Below, in pieces: positions 1 through 12,774 of a stretch of 64,000 nucleotides of DNA. The notes beneath the pieces are model-generated. The model was not told where the DNA came from and did no database searches. It saw nothing but the letters and a program-made list of their open reading frames with translations. The stretch comes from Macrostomum lignano (taxonomy: Eukaryota). The first letter of the stretch is position 1; each line of letters starts with the position of its first letter. Location: assembly GCA_002269645.1 (NCBI GenBank), contig NIVC01001847.1, forward strand, positions 81,963 through 145,962. The letters run 5' to 3'. Position numbers and translations under genes: made by a program.

Positions 1-250
1 CTGCGGCGCCAAAATGAGTACCTGCGGCGCCAAAATATGTGTCTGCGGTGCAAAAATGAGTGCATGTGGTGCAATAATGAGTGCCTGCAACGCCAAAATG
101 AGTGTCTGCGGTGCAAAAATGAGTGCCTGCGGCGCCAAAATGAGTGTCTGCGGTGCAAAAATGAGTGCCTGCGGCGCTAAAATGAGTGCCTGCAGCGCCA
201 AAATGAGTGCCTGCGGCGCCAAAATGAGTGCCTGCGGCGCCAAAAATAAG
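1..250. repeat. 21-bp minisatellite (gcggcgccaaaatgagtgcct)n
   Basis: About 12 tandem copies read directly; runs off the window start. Confidence 0.95.
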
Positions 251-1248
251 TGCTGACAACATCGATTCTACGTCGTAAAAGTAATGTACATGAAGGAATT
301 TAGTCATGTACATGTAGAATTCTTAGCTTTGTCCCTCTACCATAAAATCCATATGGCGACGCCCCTGAGTCCAGACGTTGTTCATGTACCTCTTGAAAGA
401 TGATGCTAATAATGACATCAATATCCAGACATTGTTCATGTACCTCCCTCCCTGAAGGATATTATACATGTACACAATGGAAGCTGTTAACGAATGATGA
501 AAGATAAAAAATGCTAATGTAATACACTGGTAGACAATGAAGTTGAACTATTACAACGCTTTTTAATCGGGTGATGCCCTTCAGTCCATTCAAAACTCGA
601 CCCCCGCAGCAGAGGCTGATCGACAGGTCAATAATAACACAGTCCCGAAATTCCAATGTCATCTAGATCAAGCCTTTTTTGATTTTGCAATCAGCAGTAA
701 AATTGCAACCGCACTAAAAGCATTTCATGCATTTGCACCCAGGCAAAAAAAGCATTTCGCTATACATAATTAATCTTGTCTTCTAAAAGCAACTCTGAGC
801 AGTCCAAGGCGCGCTTCTTTGTATCTTTTAGTTTATTTTTTCTGTAGCTAACAGGGCGGAAAAGCAGCCGTAACGCAATTTACTTTAGGAGGGAGAATGG
901 GATAAAACTATTTAATTCCGACTTCTTACTTACTTAGTTAAGCGGCAAGAGACCTCACAACCTGGGGCAGACATGCGCAGCCCAAGAAGGCAAAGGCGAA
1001 TACTGCAGCTAAAGAGGGGAGAGATGAAGGGAGACTGGGAGGGGAGCTGAGCGCTGACCGGCAAAGTTTGGCTCGACAGAATGGGATAAATGCAAGAGCG
1101 AGCAGGAGTTGGGGGCCGCCTGTGGCGTGCTCGGTTCGTTAAGTCTCTCGGCCAAAACTTTGCCGGGAATTCAGCCCGAACTGGCTCTGATTGCTGACAG
1201 TTGGGCTGAGTGATCCCTGAGTTAGATGGGCAGGCAGACTGACTGACT

Positions 1249-1311
<63 letters not shown>

Positions 1312-1322
1312 GGACAGACAAA
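1249..1322. repeat. (GACA)n microsatellite
   Basis: Direct reading. Confidence 0.95.
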
Positions 1323-1699
1323 GACAGTCACTACGAGATTACAGAAGCGGACATTCGGTCATTATACTAAAGTGCAAAGAACGTACGTTCGTATATTTCC
1401 ATTAAATAGCACCTGTCCATCTGAGGGCGAAAGCACTTTGCTATTAAAGCCGCCATCGCTTCTTCTTCAATGTACTTTTCGCCTTAACCGCTGCTTGCTG
1501 TGCTTTAGATCCTTTCGAAACGGGTTGGAGTCGAGTGTTCAGCTGCACTTGGTTTGATGAAATGGGGGAGAAAGCGGATTAGAAATGGAACCACTTGAAT
1601 TCAACTGTTCGAAGTCGCTATAAAAATAGTTTTTGGCCGAGTGGGAAATTAAGCTTGATATTATTAACGTGAGAAAAGTTGTTTCGGCGTCATAGAGAA

Positions 1700-2382
1700 T
1701 GATTTCAGAGCCATAGACAATGATTTCGGAGCCATACACAATGATTTCAGAGCCATAGACAATGATTTCGGAGCCATACACAATGATTTCAGAGCCATAG
1801 ACAGTCATTTCAGAGCCATAGACAATGATTCCAAAGCCATAATCATATCAGAGCCATAGACAATCATATCAGAGCCATAGACAATCATATCAGAGCCATA
1901 GACAATCATTTCGAAGCCGTAGACAATCATTTCAGAGCCATAGACAATCATTTCGAAGCTGTAGACATTCATTTCAGAGCCATAGACATTTTTGAGCCAA
2001 AGACAATCATATCAGAGCCATAGACAATCATATCAGAGCCAAAGACAATCATATCAGAGCCATAGACATTTTTGAGCCAAAGACAATCATATCAGAGCCA
2101 TAGACAATCATATCAGAGCCATAGACAATCATATCGGAGCCATAGACAATCATATCAGAGCCATAGACAATCATATCAGAGCCATAGACAATCATATCAG
2201 AGCCATAGACAATCATTTCAGAGCCATAGACAATCATTTCGAAGCCATAGACAATCATATCAGAGCCATAGACAATGATTTCGGAGCCATAGACAATCCT
2301 ATCAGAGCCATAGACAATGATTTCGGAGCCATAGACAATCCTATCAGAGCCATAGACAATCACTTCGAAGCCATAGACAATC
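1700..2382. repeat. 21-bp minisatellite (atcagagccatagacaatcat)n
   Basis: About 30 variant copies. Confidence 0.95.
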
Positions 2383-2914
2383 AAATCTGCATTTTTGTGC
2401 TTTCTTAACTATGCACCTGTGCATTGTAATTCACACTCGTACATTTAGGTAGCATAGCATGACCTGTCTTCTCTGAAAGAGAAATGCTTAGAAGTGTGCA
2501 AACATTACTCAGACGAAGAGCATGACAAAAATCCACACTCAGGAAGAATACCTAACTTAACTAAGCAGGATCTTTCTCAGAGCAGAGAGTTCGAGACTTC
2601 TCTTGAGGAGTTGCACTTATTCAAGACTTCCCGTATAGCTCAAGACTTCAAGGAAGCCGGGGGACTTGCTGACAGGTGCGCCCAGTTGGCCCTCTAGCCC
2701 CAGGTTTTTCCGGGGGATTAAGATCTGGATTTTCATTTCATAAGACTGACTGACTGAAGGTAGAGAGCTCGCAAATCTGCACGGGCAGTGTGTCTGTTGA
2801 TTGGCTGACCAAAAAATCCTTTTTTATAGCTCTACAAGCTCCCGAGAGTCAAGGCGAAATGCCAGGTTTGACTGGAGACTTTTTGGAGCAATCAATGGCC
2901 TAAGGCTGAGCACC

Positions 2915-5900
2915 ATGGTACCTCACTGGTGCTTGAATAAGTTCTCTAGACTTTTAGTAATTAATTTGTCCATTATTATTGTTTTCTGCGATGTGATCTT
3001 CTGCTCCACTGCTGATACTACCAATTCTAGTGAGTTATTCAAATGTATTTTATCAAATTCTTACTTTAATACCTGTTAAATTGGGCGTATTTTCCTAGAA
3101 AGATCCTATAATAGCTTAGTAAATTATATAGTCGAAACAAAACAATGCAATGTAAAATTTTAATTTAGATATTCAAATTTAGGTGATGTGTAGTTTGTGA
3201 TGTGCAGTTTGTGATGTGCAGTTTGAGATGTGCAGTTTGTGATATGCAGTTTGAGATGTGCAGTTTGAGATGTGCAGTTTGAGATGTGCAGTTTGAGATG
3301 TGCAGCTTGTGATATGCAGTTTGTGATATGCAGTTTGTGATATGCAGTTTGAGATGTGCAGTTTGAGATGTGCAGTTTGAGATGTGCAGTTTGAGATGTG
3401 CAGCTTGTGATATGCAGTTTGAGATGTGCAGTTTGAGATGTGCAGTTTGAGATGTGCAGTTTGAGATGTGCAGTTTGAGATGTGCAGTTTGAGATGTGCA
3501 GCTTGTGATATGCAGTTTGAGATGTGCAGTTTGTGATGTGTAGTTTGAGATGTGCAGCTTGTGATATGCAGTTTGTGATGTGCAGTTTGTGATGTGTAGT
3601 TTGAGATGTGCAGTTTGTGATGTGCAGTTTGAGATGTGCAGTTTGAGATGTGCAGCTTGTGATATGCAGTTTGAGATGTGCAGTTTGGGATATGCAGTTT
3701 GAGATGTGCAGTTTGAGATGTGCAGTTTGAGATGTGCAGCTTGTGATATGCAGTTTGAGATGTGCAGTTTGTGATGTGCAGCTTGTGACGTGCAGCTTGT
3801 GATGTGCAGTTTGTGATGTGCAGTTTGTGATGTGCAGTTTGTGATGTGCAGTTTGTGATGCGCAGTTTCGGGTGCGCATTTCCCCCTTACCATAATTTTC
3901 CCCAGTAAGTCACGAATGGCTCTGCAGAAGATCAGGCAGGGAGATTTCCTAAAGCGGTGATTCCATCAGATTATGATTGACAGACTCAAGTTCAGCTTTC
4001 ATATCTTCAAGACTCTATAGCCAGTTCAAATAGAAAAGACAGACAGACATCGGCCAAGTGATTTTGGACATGAACATTACAGCTTCGAGTCAAGTGGACT
4101 TGAGATTTCGTAGATTTTATTCATTGATTTTTCCCATTTATCCTCTTCAAAGAAAAAATGACCTCTAGACAGTGCCTTCTACTCATATAAGTAGCCAGCT
4201 TGGCACGCATGTGTCTAAATAGATTTTCTTCTATATATACGAGCGGACAAACAGAGGTTGCAAAAGAAAGTCGGGAAATTTCACTCTAAGCTAAAGAATG
4301 CCACATCTGAACGTCATAGTCTGTCTGTTTGCTGGCCTTCTTGAGTCCTCTTTGGTGGCCTGTTCGACAGCAGAGCCGTCGGCCGCGGTCACAGATGAGC
4401 AGCGGCTGCTCACCCACCTGCTCACGGGCTACGAGCCGGCATCCAGGCCCACCATTGATGCGTCGGCAACGCTGGAAGTCCGGTTCCAGATTGCGATGGT
4501 GCAGATATCCCAGTTGGTGAGCATCGCCATTGGGCAAAGCCGCTGCCGTCAGGGAGTCTGGACATCGAGTTGCAGAATTTCTGCTTTTCGGGCATCAAAC
4601 TAAAAAGCTGATTGAATAAAGGATTCAGGGGTTGCATAAAAACCCTGGCGGAATTTCCTTAATCTCTTAATTGGTTCTCTTGTAGCTTGGGCGGAACTGG
4701 TTTTGTAGAAGGCAGCTCAGGATTCAGTCACTGTACTCAGCTAAGGCAGCTCAGGATTCAGTGTTCACTGGAAACTTTCTAATCAATAATTAATAAATAT
4801 GCCTGTAGTGTTAAATAGGCTGCAAAAGGTGTAATGTTCGGCTTTTAATTAAGGTAATAAGCAATGAAAACAGTCAGACTACATCGGCTGTCAATCAAAC
4901 AAAAAAACAAGAAATGCTCATTCGCTCTTCAGGCGACAGGCGCCTCGGCACGGGCAAACAAAAACCTGACGAGCAGCAGCTCATGGAGAACCTCATGATC
5001 CGCTATGACCCCTCCGTGAGGCCGGTCATTAACGCTTCCGACCAGGTCACAGTGCGCTTCGGGTTCGCCCTCATCCTCATTACAGACATGGTCAGTGTCC
5101 CCTCTGCCTGCCCTCCGCCCCTCTGCCTGCCCTCCGCCCCTCTGCCTGCCCTCCGCCCCTCTGACTGCCCTCCGCCCCTCTGCCTGCCCTCCGCCCTCTG
5201 CCTGCCCTCCGCCCCTCTGCCTGCCCTCCGCCCCTCTGCCTGCCCTCCGCCCCTCTGCCTGCCCTCCGCCCCTCTGCCTGCCCTCCGCCCCTCTGCCTGC
5301 CCTCCGCCCCTCTGCCTGCCCTCCGCCCCTCTGCCTGCCCCTCCGCCCCTCTGCCTGCCCCTCCGCCCCTCTGCCTGCCCCTCCGCCCCTCTGCCTGCCC
5401 CTCCGCCCCTCTGCCTGCCCCTCCGCCCCTCTGCCTGCCCCTCCGCCCCTCTGCCTGCCCTCCGCCCCTCTGCCTGCCCCTCCGCCCCTCTGCCTGCCCT
5501 CCGCCCCTCTGCCTGCCCCTCCGCCCCTCTGCCTGCCCCTCCGCCCCTCTGCCTGCCCCTCCGCCCCTCTGCCTGCCCCTCCGCCCCTCTGCCTGCCCCT
5601 CCGCCCCTCTGCCTGCCCCTCCGCCCCTCTGCCTGCCCCTCCGGCCCTCTGCCTGCCCTCTTTCCCTCTACCTCCTCTGCATCTCCCTCAGCTTCTCATT
5701 CAGCCTCTCAGCTAGTCATCCTGGATTATGCCACTTGGCTGCGTCTTTTCTGCGCTCACAATAATGAGCTGAAGACGCGAACTCTCAGCCCTCACACCGG
5801 ATGAGCAGAAGGCTCCGCATGCCCGGTGCAACAACAGCAACCACTGGATTATCTGCGAAATAAGCTCAAGAAACTATTAGAATAGATAAGGAAGATAGAG

Positions 5901-8900
5901 TAGATGAAGTAGGGATGCGGCGGAGTCTGAAATTGCAATGCGAGGATTCTGCCTCCTCTCACAAGCCACTCTACATCTCTTACTCAGTGGGGATCTGGGC
6001 AGATAGACGGGTGTCTAATTTAGCGTCCTAGCAGTGTGACAGTGTAGCGAGAGTAGGGTTGAGTGCGGAATCTCACTTCACCCTCTTATCTATTATCTTG
6101 AATTAGTTGTGTCCGTTCGTGCAGCAAATCTGAGGGACTCAACAGTGGCTGGAATCGATTTGATGCCAGTCATGGAGGCCTGCGATATTGGGTCTGGAGT
6201 GGGGACCGACTGTGTCTGGCTGTCCTTCCTCTGTCTCCATCTGCCTCTCCTGTAGCTCCCTCTCTGTCTCCATCTGCCTCTCCTGTAGCTCCCTCTCTGT
6301 CTCCATCTGCCTCTCCTGTAGCTCCCTCTCTGTCTCCATCTGCCTCTCCTGTAGCTCCCTCTCTGTCTCCATCTGCCTCTCCTGTAGCTCCCTCTCTGTC
6401 TACATCTGCCTCTCCTGTAGCTCCCTCACTGTCTCCATCTGCCTCTCCTGTAGCTCCCTCTCTGTCTCCATCTGCCTCTCCTGTAGCTCCCTCTCTGTCT
6501 CCATCTGCCTCTCCTGTAGCTCCCTCTCTGTCTCCATCTGCCTCTCCTGTAGCTCCCTCTCTGTCTCCATCTGCCTCTCCTGTAGCTCCCTCTCTGTCTC
6601 CATCTGCCTCTCCTGTAGCTCCCTCTCTGTCTCCATCTGCCTCTCCTGTAGCTCCCTCTCTGTCTCCATCTGCCTCTCCTGTAGCTCCCTCTCTGTCTCC
6701 ATCTGCCTCTCCTGTAGCTCCCTCTCTGTCTCCATTTGCCTCTCCTGTAGCTCCCTCTCTGTCTCCATCTGCCTCTCCTGTAGCTCCCTCTCTGTCTCCA
6801 TCTGCCTCTCCTGTAGCTCCCTCACTGTCTTCATTTGCCTCTCCTGTAGCTCCCTCTCTGTCTCCATCTGCCTCTCCTGTAGCTCCCTCTCTGTCTCCAT
6901 CTGCCTCTCCTGTAGCTCCCTCTCTGTCTCCATCTGCCTCTCCTGTAGCTCCCTCTCTGTCTCCATTTGCCTCTCCTGTAGCTCCCTCTCTGTCTCCATC
7001 TGCCTCTCCTGTAGCTCCCTCTCTGTCTCCATCTGCCTCTCCTGTAGCTCCCTCACTGTCTTCATTTGCCTCTCCTGTAGCTCCCTCTCTGTCTCCATCT
7101 GCCTCTCCTGTAGCTCCCTCTCTGTCTACATCTGCCTCTCCTGTAGCTCCCTCTCTGTCTCCATCTGCCTCTCCTGTAGCTCCCTCTCTGTCTCCATCTG
7201 CCTCTCCTGTAGCTCCCTCTCTGTCTCCATCTGCCTCTCCTGTAGCTCCCTCTCTGTCTGTCTCCATCTGCCTCTCCTGTAGCTCCCTCTCTGTCTCCAT
7301 CTGCCTCTCCTGTAGCTCCCTCTCTGTCTCCATCTGCCTCTCCTGTAGCTCCCTCTCTGTCTCCATCTGCCTCTCCTGTAGCTCCCTCTCTGTCTCCATC
7401 TGCCTCTCCTGTAGCTCCCTCTCTGTCTCCATCTGCATCTCCATCTGCATCTCCTTCTGCATCTCATGTCTGCTAAATTCAGTTTTCCAATCTTTTAAAT
7501 GAATCATTTAAGTTTCCAATCCAGATTTACAATTATAATTAAGAGTCCATGGTATTCCTCGCAGTCTCCGCATTCACCTGTACAGTAGCTAATTTAGTCT
7601 CGAAAGATAGATCAAAGAATTCAGGATTAAAAGATTAAAAGAATTTTTTCATCCGCATCAAGTCTTCTGGGAAATCATAGGGATAGTCGTGACTGAATCC
7701 TGGCTTTTGCTATCTTCTGGTAGTCTTCTAGTTTTCTGAATCCTTTACGAAAAAAATGATTAACTTTCAGGATGAGGTTAACCAAGTGCTGACTACCAAT
7801 GTCTGGCTGGAGCAGGTGAGTCTAGCTGTGCTTGTTTTCCTGGGATCTATCCGCTAGCTCCTGAGCGCATGCAAGTGAGCCAATACTGTACTCAGGCACA
7901 GCACTCAAACACACGCTCAAACTTGGGTGTACTTTGACTTTATAATCGTCAGGCATTTACACTCTCCGTGTCTGATTGAAAAAATATCTGTGCAGCTTCA
8001 CTTGGCTTAACTGCCAATATCTTGACAGGTGTCGGGTGTTGAAATAAACGATAACTTTCGTTTATGACTCGCAACGGCAACTGCCTGCGTTCCCACCTAC
8101 TTGGGATTGGCAGTGTAAAACTTTTTGGGGATTTTTTATCGGCATCCGCTGGCCGGGTTCGTGCGAAAGGATGTTAGAAAATTTTCAGGATAAGATAGTA
8201 AAAGTCTGCTTATTCGGGCTGGTGAAGATTCGGGCTGGTGAAGATTCGGGCTGGTGAAGATTCGGGCTGGTGAAGATTCGGGCTGGTGAAGATTCGGGCT
8301 GGGGAAGATTCGGGTTTGTAAAGATTCGGATTAGTGAAGGTTCGGGTTAGTGAAGATTCGGGTTAGTGAAGATTCGGGTTAGTGAAGATTCGGGTTGGTG
8401 AAGATTCGGATTGAAGATTCGGGTTGGTGAAGATTCGGGTTTGTAAAGATTCGGATTAGTGAAGATTCGGGTTGGTGAAGATTCAGGTTATTGAAGATTC
8501 GGGTTGGTGAAGATTCGGGTTAGTGAAGGTTCGGATTGAAGATTTGGGTTGGTGAAGATTCGGGTTTGTAAAGATTCGGATTAGTGAAGGTTCGGGTTGG
8601 TGAAGATTCAGGTTATTGAAGATTTGGGTTGGTGAAGATTCGGGTTGGTGAAGATTCGGGTTGGTGACGATTCGGGTTGGTGAAAATTCGGGTTGATGAA
8701 GATTTGGGTTGGTGAAATTCAGATTAGTGAAGATTCGGGCTGGTGAAGATTCCGGTTGACAAAGTTGTCAGACCAATATCAAGCCTGCCCCATCAAGGAC
8801 TACTAGTGATCCTTGCATTGTAGAACAGAGTTTGTATTTCAACAGACTCAAGATTTTGCAAATGAAATTCTATTCAAATTAGATCTTAGCTGACAAGCCT

Positions 8901-11900
8901 GGATAGCATTTCTAGGACAATTATGCTAAACAGTTTAGCAGCGATCGCGAGCAGCCCCGATTCCCTCCTATTTCTAGGAATGGCACGACGAGCGACTGCA
9001 CTGGGATCCCAAGGAGTACAACGGATTGGAAATCTTGCGCATTCCCTGTCAGAAGATTTGGCTGCCCGATATTGTACTTTATAATAGGTGAGCCTGTCCG
9101 AGTTCTGCTACTGACCATTAGTAGGCAAGCTGAGCATTTTGTTGCCGTTTTTTGTAAAAGTGCCGAAAAAAAGATTTAAATCGCTAAAAAATTACTGATT
9201 AGCCTAGCCTAATTTACAAAATTTTTATTACAAAATTTCCCCAAATAAATTTTACTGTCTTCAGCGCCGATGACTTCACCACGGGCTACATGCAGAGCAA
9301 GGCGATGGTCGATGCGAACGGCACCGTGTTCTGGCCGCCGCCGGCCAAGCTCAGATCGACCTGCAAAATCGACATCACTTATTTCCCATTCGACGACCAG
9401 GTGTGCACGATGAAATTCGGCTCGTGGACCTACGACGGATTTCAAGTTAACATCACCAAGAAGTGAGAAGATTGTTTTAGCTTTTTTCAATTGGAAAGAC
9501 GAAAAACTCAATTCATGCTACTCAAGGTAAATCGCGAAAACTAAAATTTCAGGCGGGATGAGGTTGACTTTCAAAATTATGTTCAAAGTGGAGAGTGGAA
9601 TCTGATTAGAATCGATGTGGAGCGACAGGAGGTGAGACAATTAATTAATGATAAAATAATTGTGTTAGTCTCCAAGTTCTATAGGTTGAGCAACTTTTTG
9701 AAACAATCAACTTTTGATTTTTAAGTTTCTAATAATAACAATGCGTTTGCACGGGCAAGTGTCTCTCCCGAACGTACACTCTGAGCCTCCACCTTATCTT
9801 GCATTTCATCTCTCTCCCCGAATGTACACTCTGAGCCTCCACCTTATCTTGCATTTCATCTCTCTCCCGAACGTACACTCTGAGCCTCCACCCTATCTTG
9901 GCATTTCATCTCTCTCCCGAACGTACACTCTGAGCCTCCACCCTATCTTGGCATTTCATCTCTCTCCCGAACGTACACTCTGAGCCTCCACCCTATCTTG
10001 GTATTTCATCTCTCTCCCGAACGTACACTCTGAGCCTCCACCCTATCTTGGTATTTCATCTCTCTCCCGAACGTACACTCTGAGCCTCCACCCTATCTTG
10101 GTATTTCATCTCTCTCCCGAACGTACACTCTGAGCCTCCACCCTATCTTGGCATTTCATCTCTCTCCCGAACGTACACTCTGAGCCCTCCACCTTTTCTT
10201 GGCAATTTATCTCTCTATCCCGAATGTACACTCTGAGCCCTCCACCTTATCTTGCATTTCATCTCTCTCCCCCGGATGTACACTCTGAGCCCTCCACCCT
10301 ATCTTCGCATTTCATCTCTCTCCCCGAATGTACACTCTGAGCACTCCACCCTATCTTGGCATTTCATCTCTCTCCCCCGGATGTACACTCTGAGCCCTCC
10401 ACCCTATCTTCGCATTTCAGCTCTCTCCCCGAATGTACACTCTGAGCACTCCACCCTATCTTGGCATTTCATCTCTCTCCCCCGGATGTACACTCTGAGC
10501 CCTCCACCCTATCTTGGCATTTCATCTCTCTTCCCCGGATGTACACTCTGAGCTATCCACCCTATCTTGGCATTTCATCTCTCTCCCCCGGATGTACACT
10601 CTGAGCCCTCCACTCTATCTTGGCATTTCATCTCTCTCCCCCGGATGTACACTCTGAGCCCTCCACCCTATCTTCGCATTTCAGCTCTCTCCCCGAATGT
10701 ACACTCTGAGCACTCCACCCTATCTTGGCATTTCATCTCTCTCCCCCGGATGTACACTCTGAGCCCTCCACCCTATCTTCGCATTTCATCTCTCTCCCCG
10801 GATGTACACTCTGAGCCCTCCACCCTATCTTCGCATTTCATCTCTCTCCCCGAATGTACACTCTGAGCACTCCACCCTATCTTCGCATTTCATCTCTCTC
10901 CCCGGATGTACACTCTGAGCCCTCCACCCTATCTTGGCATTTCATCTCTCTCCCCCGGATGTACACTCTGAGCCCTCCACCCTATCTTGGCATTTCATCT
11001 CTCTCCCAAGTGTACCACCCTCGCAATAATGTGCGCCATGCTCAACCCGCAGACCATCTACCCAATCAGTCCGGTACCCTACCCGGACATCAAGTTCCAC
11101 ATCGTGATCAGACGCCGAACCCTTTACTACCTGTTCAACATCATCTTTCCCTGCCTGTGGCTCACCGTTCTCAGCCTGCTGGGATTCTGGCTGCCGCCTG
11201 ATTCGGGCGAGAAGATCACCCTGGGCATCACGGTGCTGCTGGCCTTCTCAGTGTTCATGCTGCTCATTGCTGAGAACATGCCAGCCACTAGCGAATTCGT
11301 TCCGCTCATTGGTGAGAGCTCAGCTCGTCGCTGTTTATTGAAGCTTTTTATTCCTGTCTTGGAGAGCATTGTGGAGCCATTGTTTCAATACCAATCTAAA
11401 ATTGGAGTTCGTATCTAATCATTACAGTCAAATCTACTCAAATCCGCCCCAATCTACTCAAATCCGCCCCAATCTACCTAAATCTGCTCCAATCTACTCA
11501 AATCCGCCCCAATCTACCTATATCTGCTCCAATCTACCTAAATCCGCCCCAATCTACCTAAATCCGCCCCAATCTACCTAAATCCGCCCCAATCTACCTA
11601 AATCCGCCCCAATCTACCTAAATCCGCCCTAATCTACCTAAATCCGCCCTAATCTACCTAAATCCGCCCCAATCTACCTAAATCCGCCCTAATCTACCTA
11701 AATCCGCCCCAATCTACCTAAATCCGCCCCAATCTACCTAAATCCGCCCTAATCTACCTAAATCCGCCCCAATCTACCTAAATCCGCCCCAATCTACCTA
11801 AATCCGCCCCAATCTACCTAAATCCACCCTAATCTACCTAAATCCGCCCCAATCTACCTAAATCCGCCCCAATCTACCTAAATCCGCCCCAATCTACCTA

Positions 11901-12720
11901 AATCCACCCCAATCTACTCAAATCCGCCCCAATCTACCTAAATCCACCCCAATCTACCTAAATCCGCCCCAATCTACCTAAATCCGCCCCAATCTACCTA
12001 AATCCACCCCAATCTACCTAAATCCGCCCCAATCTACCTAAATAAAATTCGGTTGAGTTCATCTCAATCTTCAATTCAAAAACCGACCCTGAACTCCGGG
12101 CCGCAGGCATCTACCTGACTGTCACAATGTCCACCACCTCGCTGTCGATCGTCCTGACGGTGTTCGTGCTCCACCTGCACCACATCGGCCCGAACGACCG
12201 GCCGGTGCCGGCAGCCATCAAGCGGATTTTGTTCCGCAGTCTGGCGCCGCTGCTCTGCATGTCCTCCGTGGCGCGCTACGAGCGCAAGGCGCGTCGGCGG
12301 CGCCAGCGCTTCGAGGAGACGCAGAGCCGGCTGGCGTACGGCGCCGGCGACTCTGACACCGCCTTGGACGACGCCGACACCGCTGAGACCGACGCCTGCA
12401 ACGGCGCATCAGCGGAGAAGTCGCCAACGGCTTCGACGAGATTCTCGACGACCGCCGGGACGTCGCCGGTCGGCCCCAGCGGCGACCCCGCAGTGCCGCT
12501 GTACCGCCGTCGGCTGCGCCAGTACGACCAGCTGCAGCGGCACCTGCGGATGCTGATCCGCCGTCAGGCCGAGGACGAGGCCGTCCAGATGATCATCAGC
12601 GACTGGCGGATGCTGGCCTTCATTGTCGACCGCCTGCTGTTCTGGCTGTTCCTGCTGGCCGCCTGCATGTCCACCATCATCATCCTGGTCATCATGCCGC
12701 TGTTCAAGAAGGTCGCCTAG
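2915..12720 (+). CDS. Nicotinic acetylcholine receptor subunit (Cys-loop ligand-gated ion channel, cation type, lacks loop C vicinal cysteines), spliced
   Basis: Exons 2915-3029 (caccATGG; signal-like hydrophobic leader), 4933-5090 (or alternative 4298/4371-4516), 7771-7815 ([15 protein letters not shown], 45 nt), 8978-9087 ([11 protein letters not shown]...WLPDIVLYN, 110 nt), 9265-9462 (Cys-loop [15 protein letters not shown], loop B WTYDG), 9553-9631, 11053-11311 (M1-M2, [20 protein letters not shown]), 12107-12720 (M3, cytoplasmic loop, M4). All junctions are GT-AG and phase-compatible; 1578 nt = 525 aa. The 45- and 110-nt exons match the conserved nAChR exon pattern. Confidence 0.96.
3185..3870. 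repeat. 14-bp minisatellite (gcagtttgagatgt)n, nAChR intron 1
   Basis: Direct reading. Confidence 0.95.
4298..4516 (+). CDS. nAChR alternative N-terminal exon A (own ATG at 4298, or phase-1 acceptor at 4371/4374)
   Basis: Encodes [41 protein letters not shown]; phase-0 donor gtgagc at 4517 joins in frame to exon 7771. Confidence 0.85.
4933..5090 (+). CDS. nAChR alternative N-terminal exon B
   Basis: Acceptor ctcttcag (phase 1, matches the donor after 3029). Encodes [41 protein letters not shown]; phase-0 donor gtcagt at 5091. Confidence 0.88.
5097..5660. repeat. 19-20-bp C-rich minisatellite (ccctccgcccctctgcctg)n
   Basis: Begins a few nt after the donor at 5091. Confidence 0.95.
6225..7430. 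repeat. 33-bp minisatellite (ctgtagctccctctctgtctccatctgcctctc)n
   Basis: About 36 highly homogeneous copies. Confidence 0.95.
8212..8752. repeat. 16-17-bp minisatellite (ggtgaagattcgggtt)n
   Basis: Direct reading. Confidence 0.93.
9762..11009. repeat. 50-53-bp minisatellite (gtacactctgagcctccaccctatcttggcatttcatctctctcccgaac)n
   Basis: Period is 50 bp in the left part, with longer variants to the right. Confidence 0.95.
11432..12042. repeat. 20-bp minisatellite (aatccgccccaatctaccta)n
   Basis: Direct reading. Confidence 0.95.
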
Positions 12721-12774
12721 GCACCCCGCTGAGCTGAGGGCTTGCCGAGCACTTTTGAAACTATTTCTATGAGG

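Noticed and set aside
6170-7507. 445-aa ([11 protein letters not shown])n ORF and the other frames over the 33-bp array
   Set aside because: Stop-free translation of a 33-bp intronic minisatellite inside the nAChR gene; no domain content.
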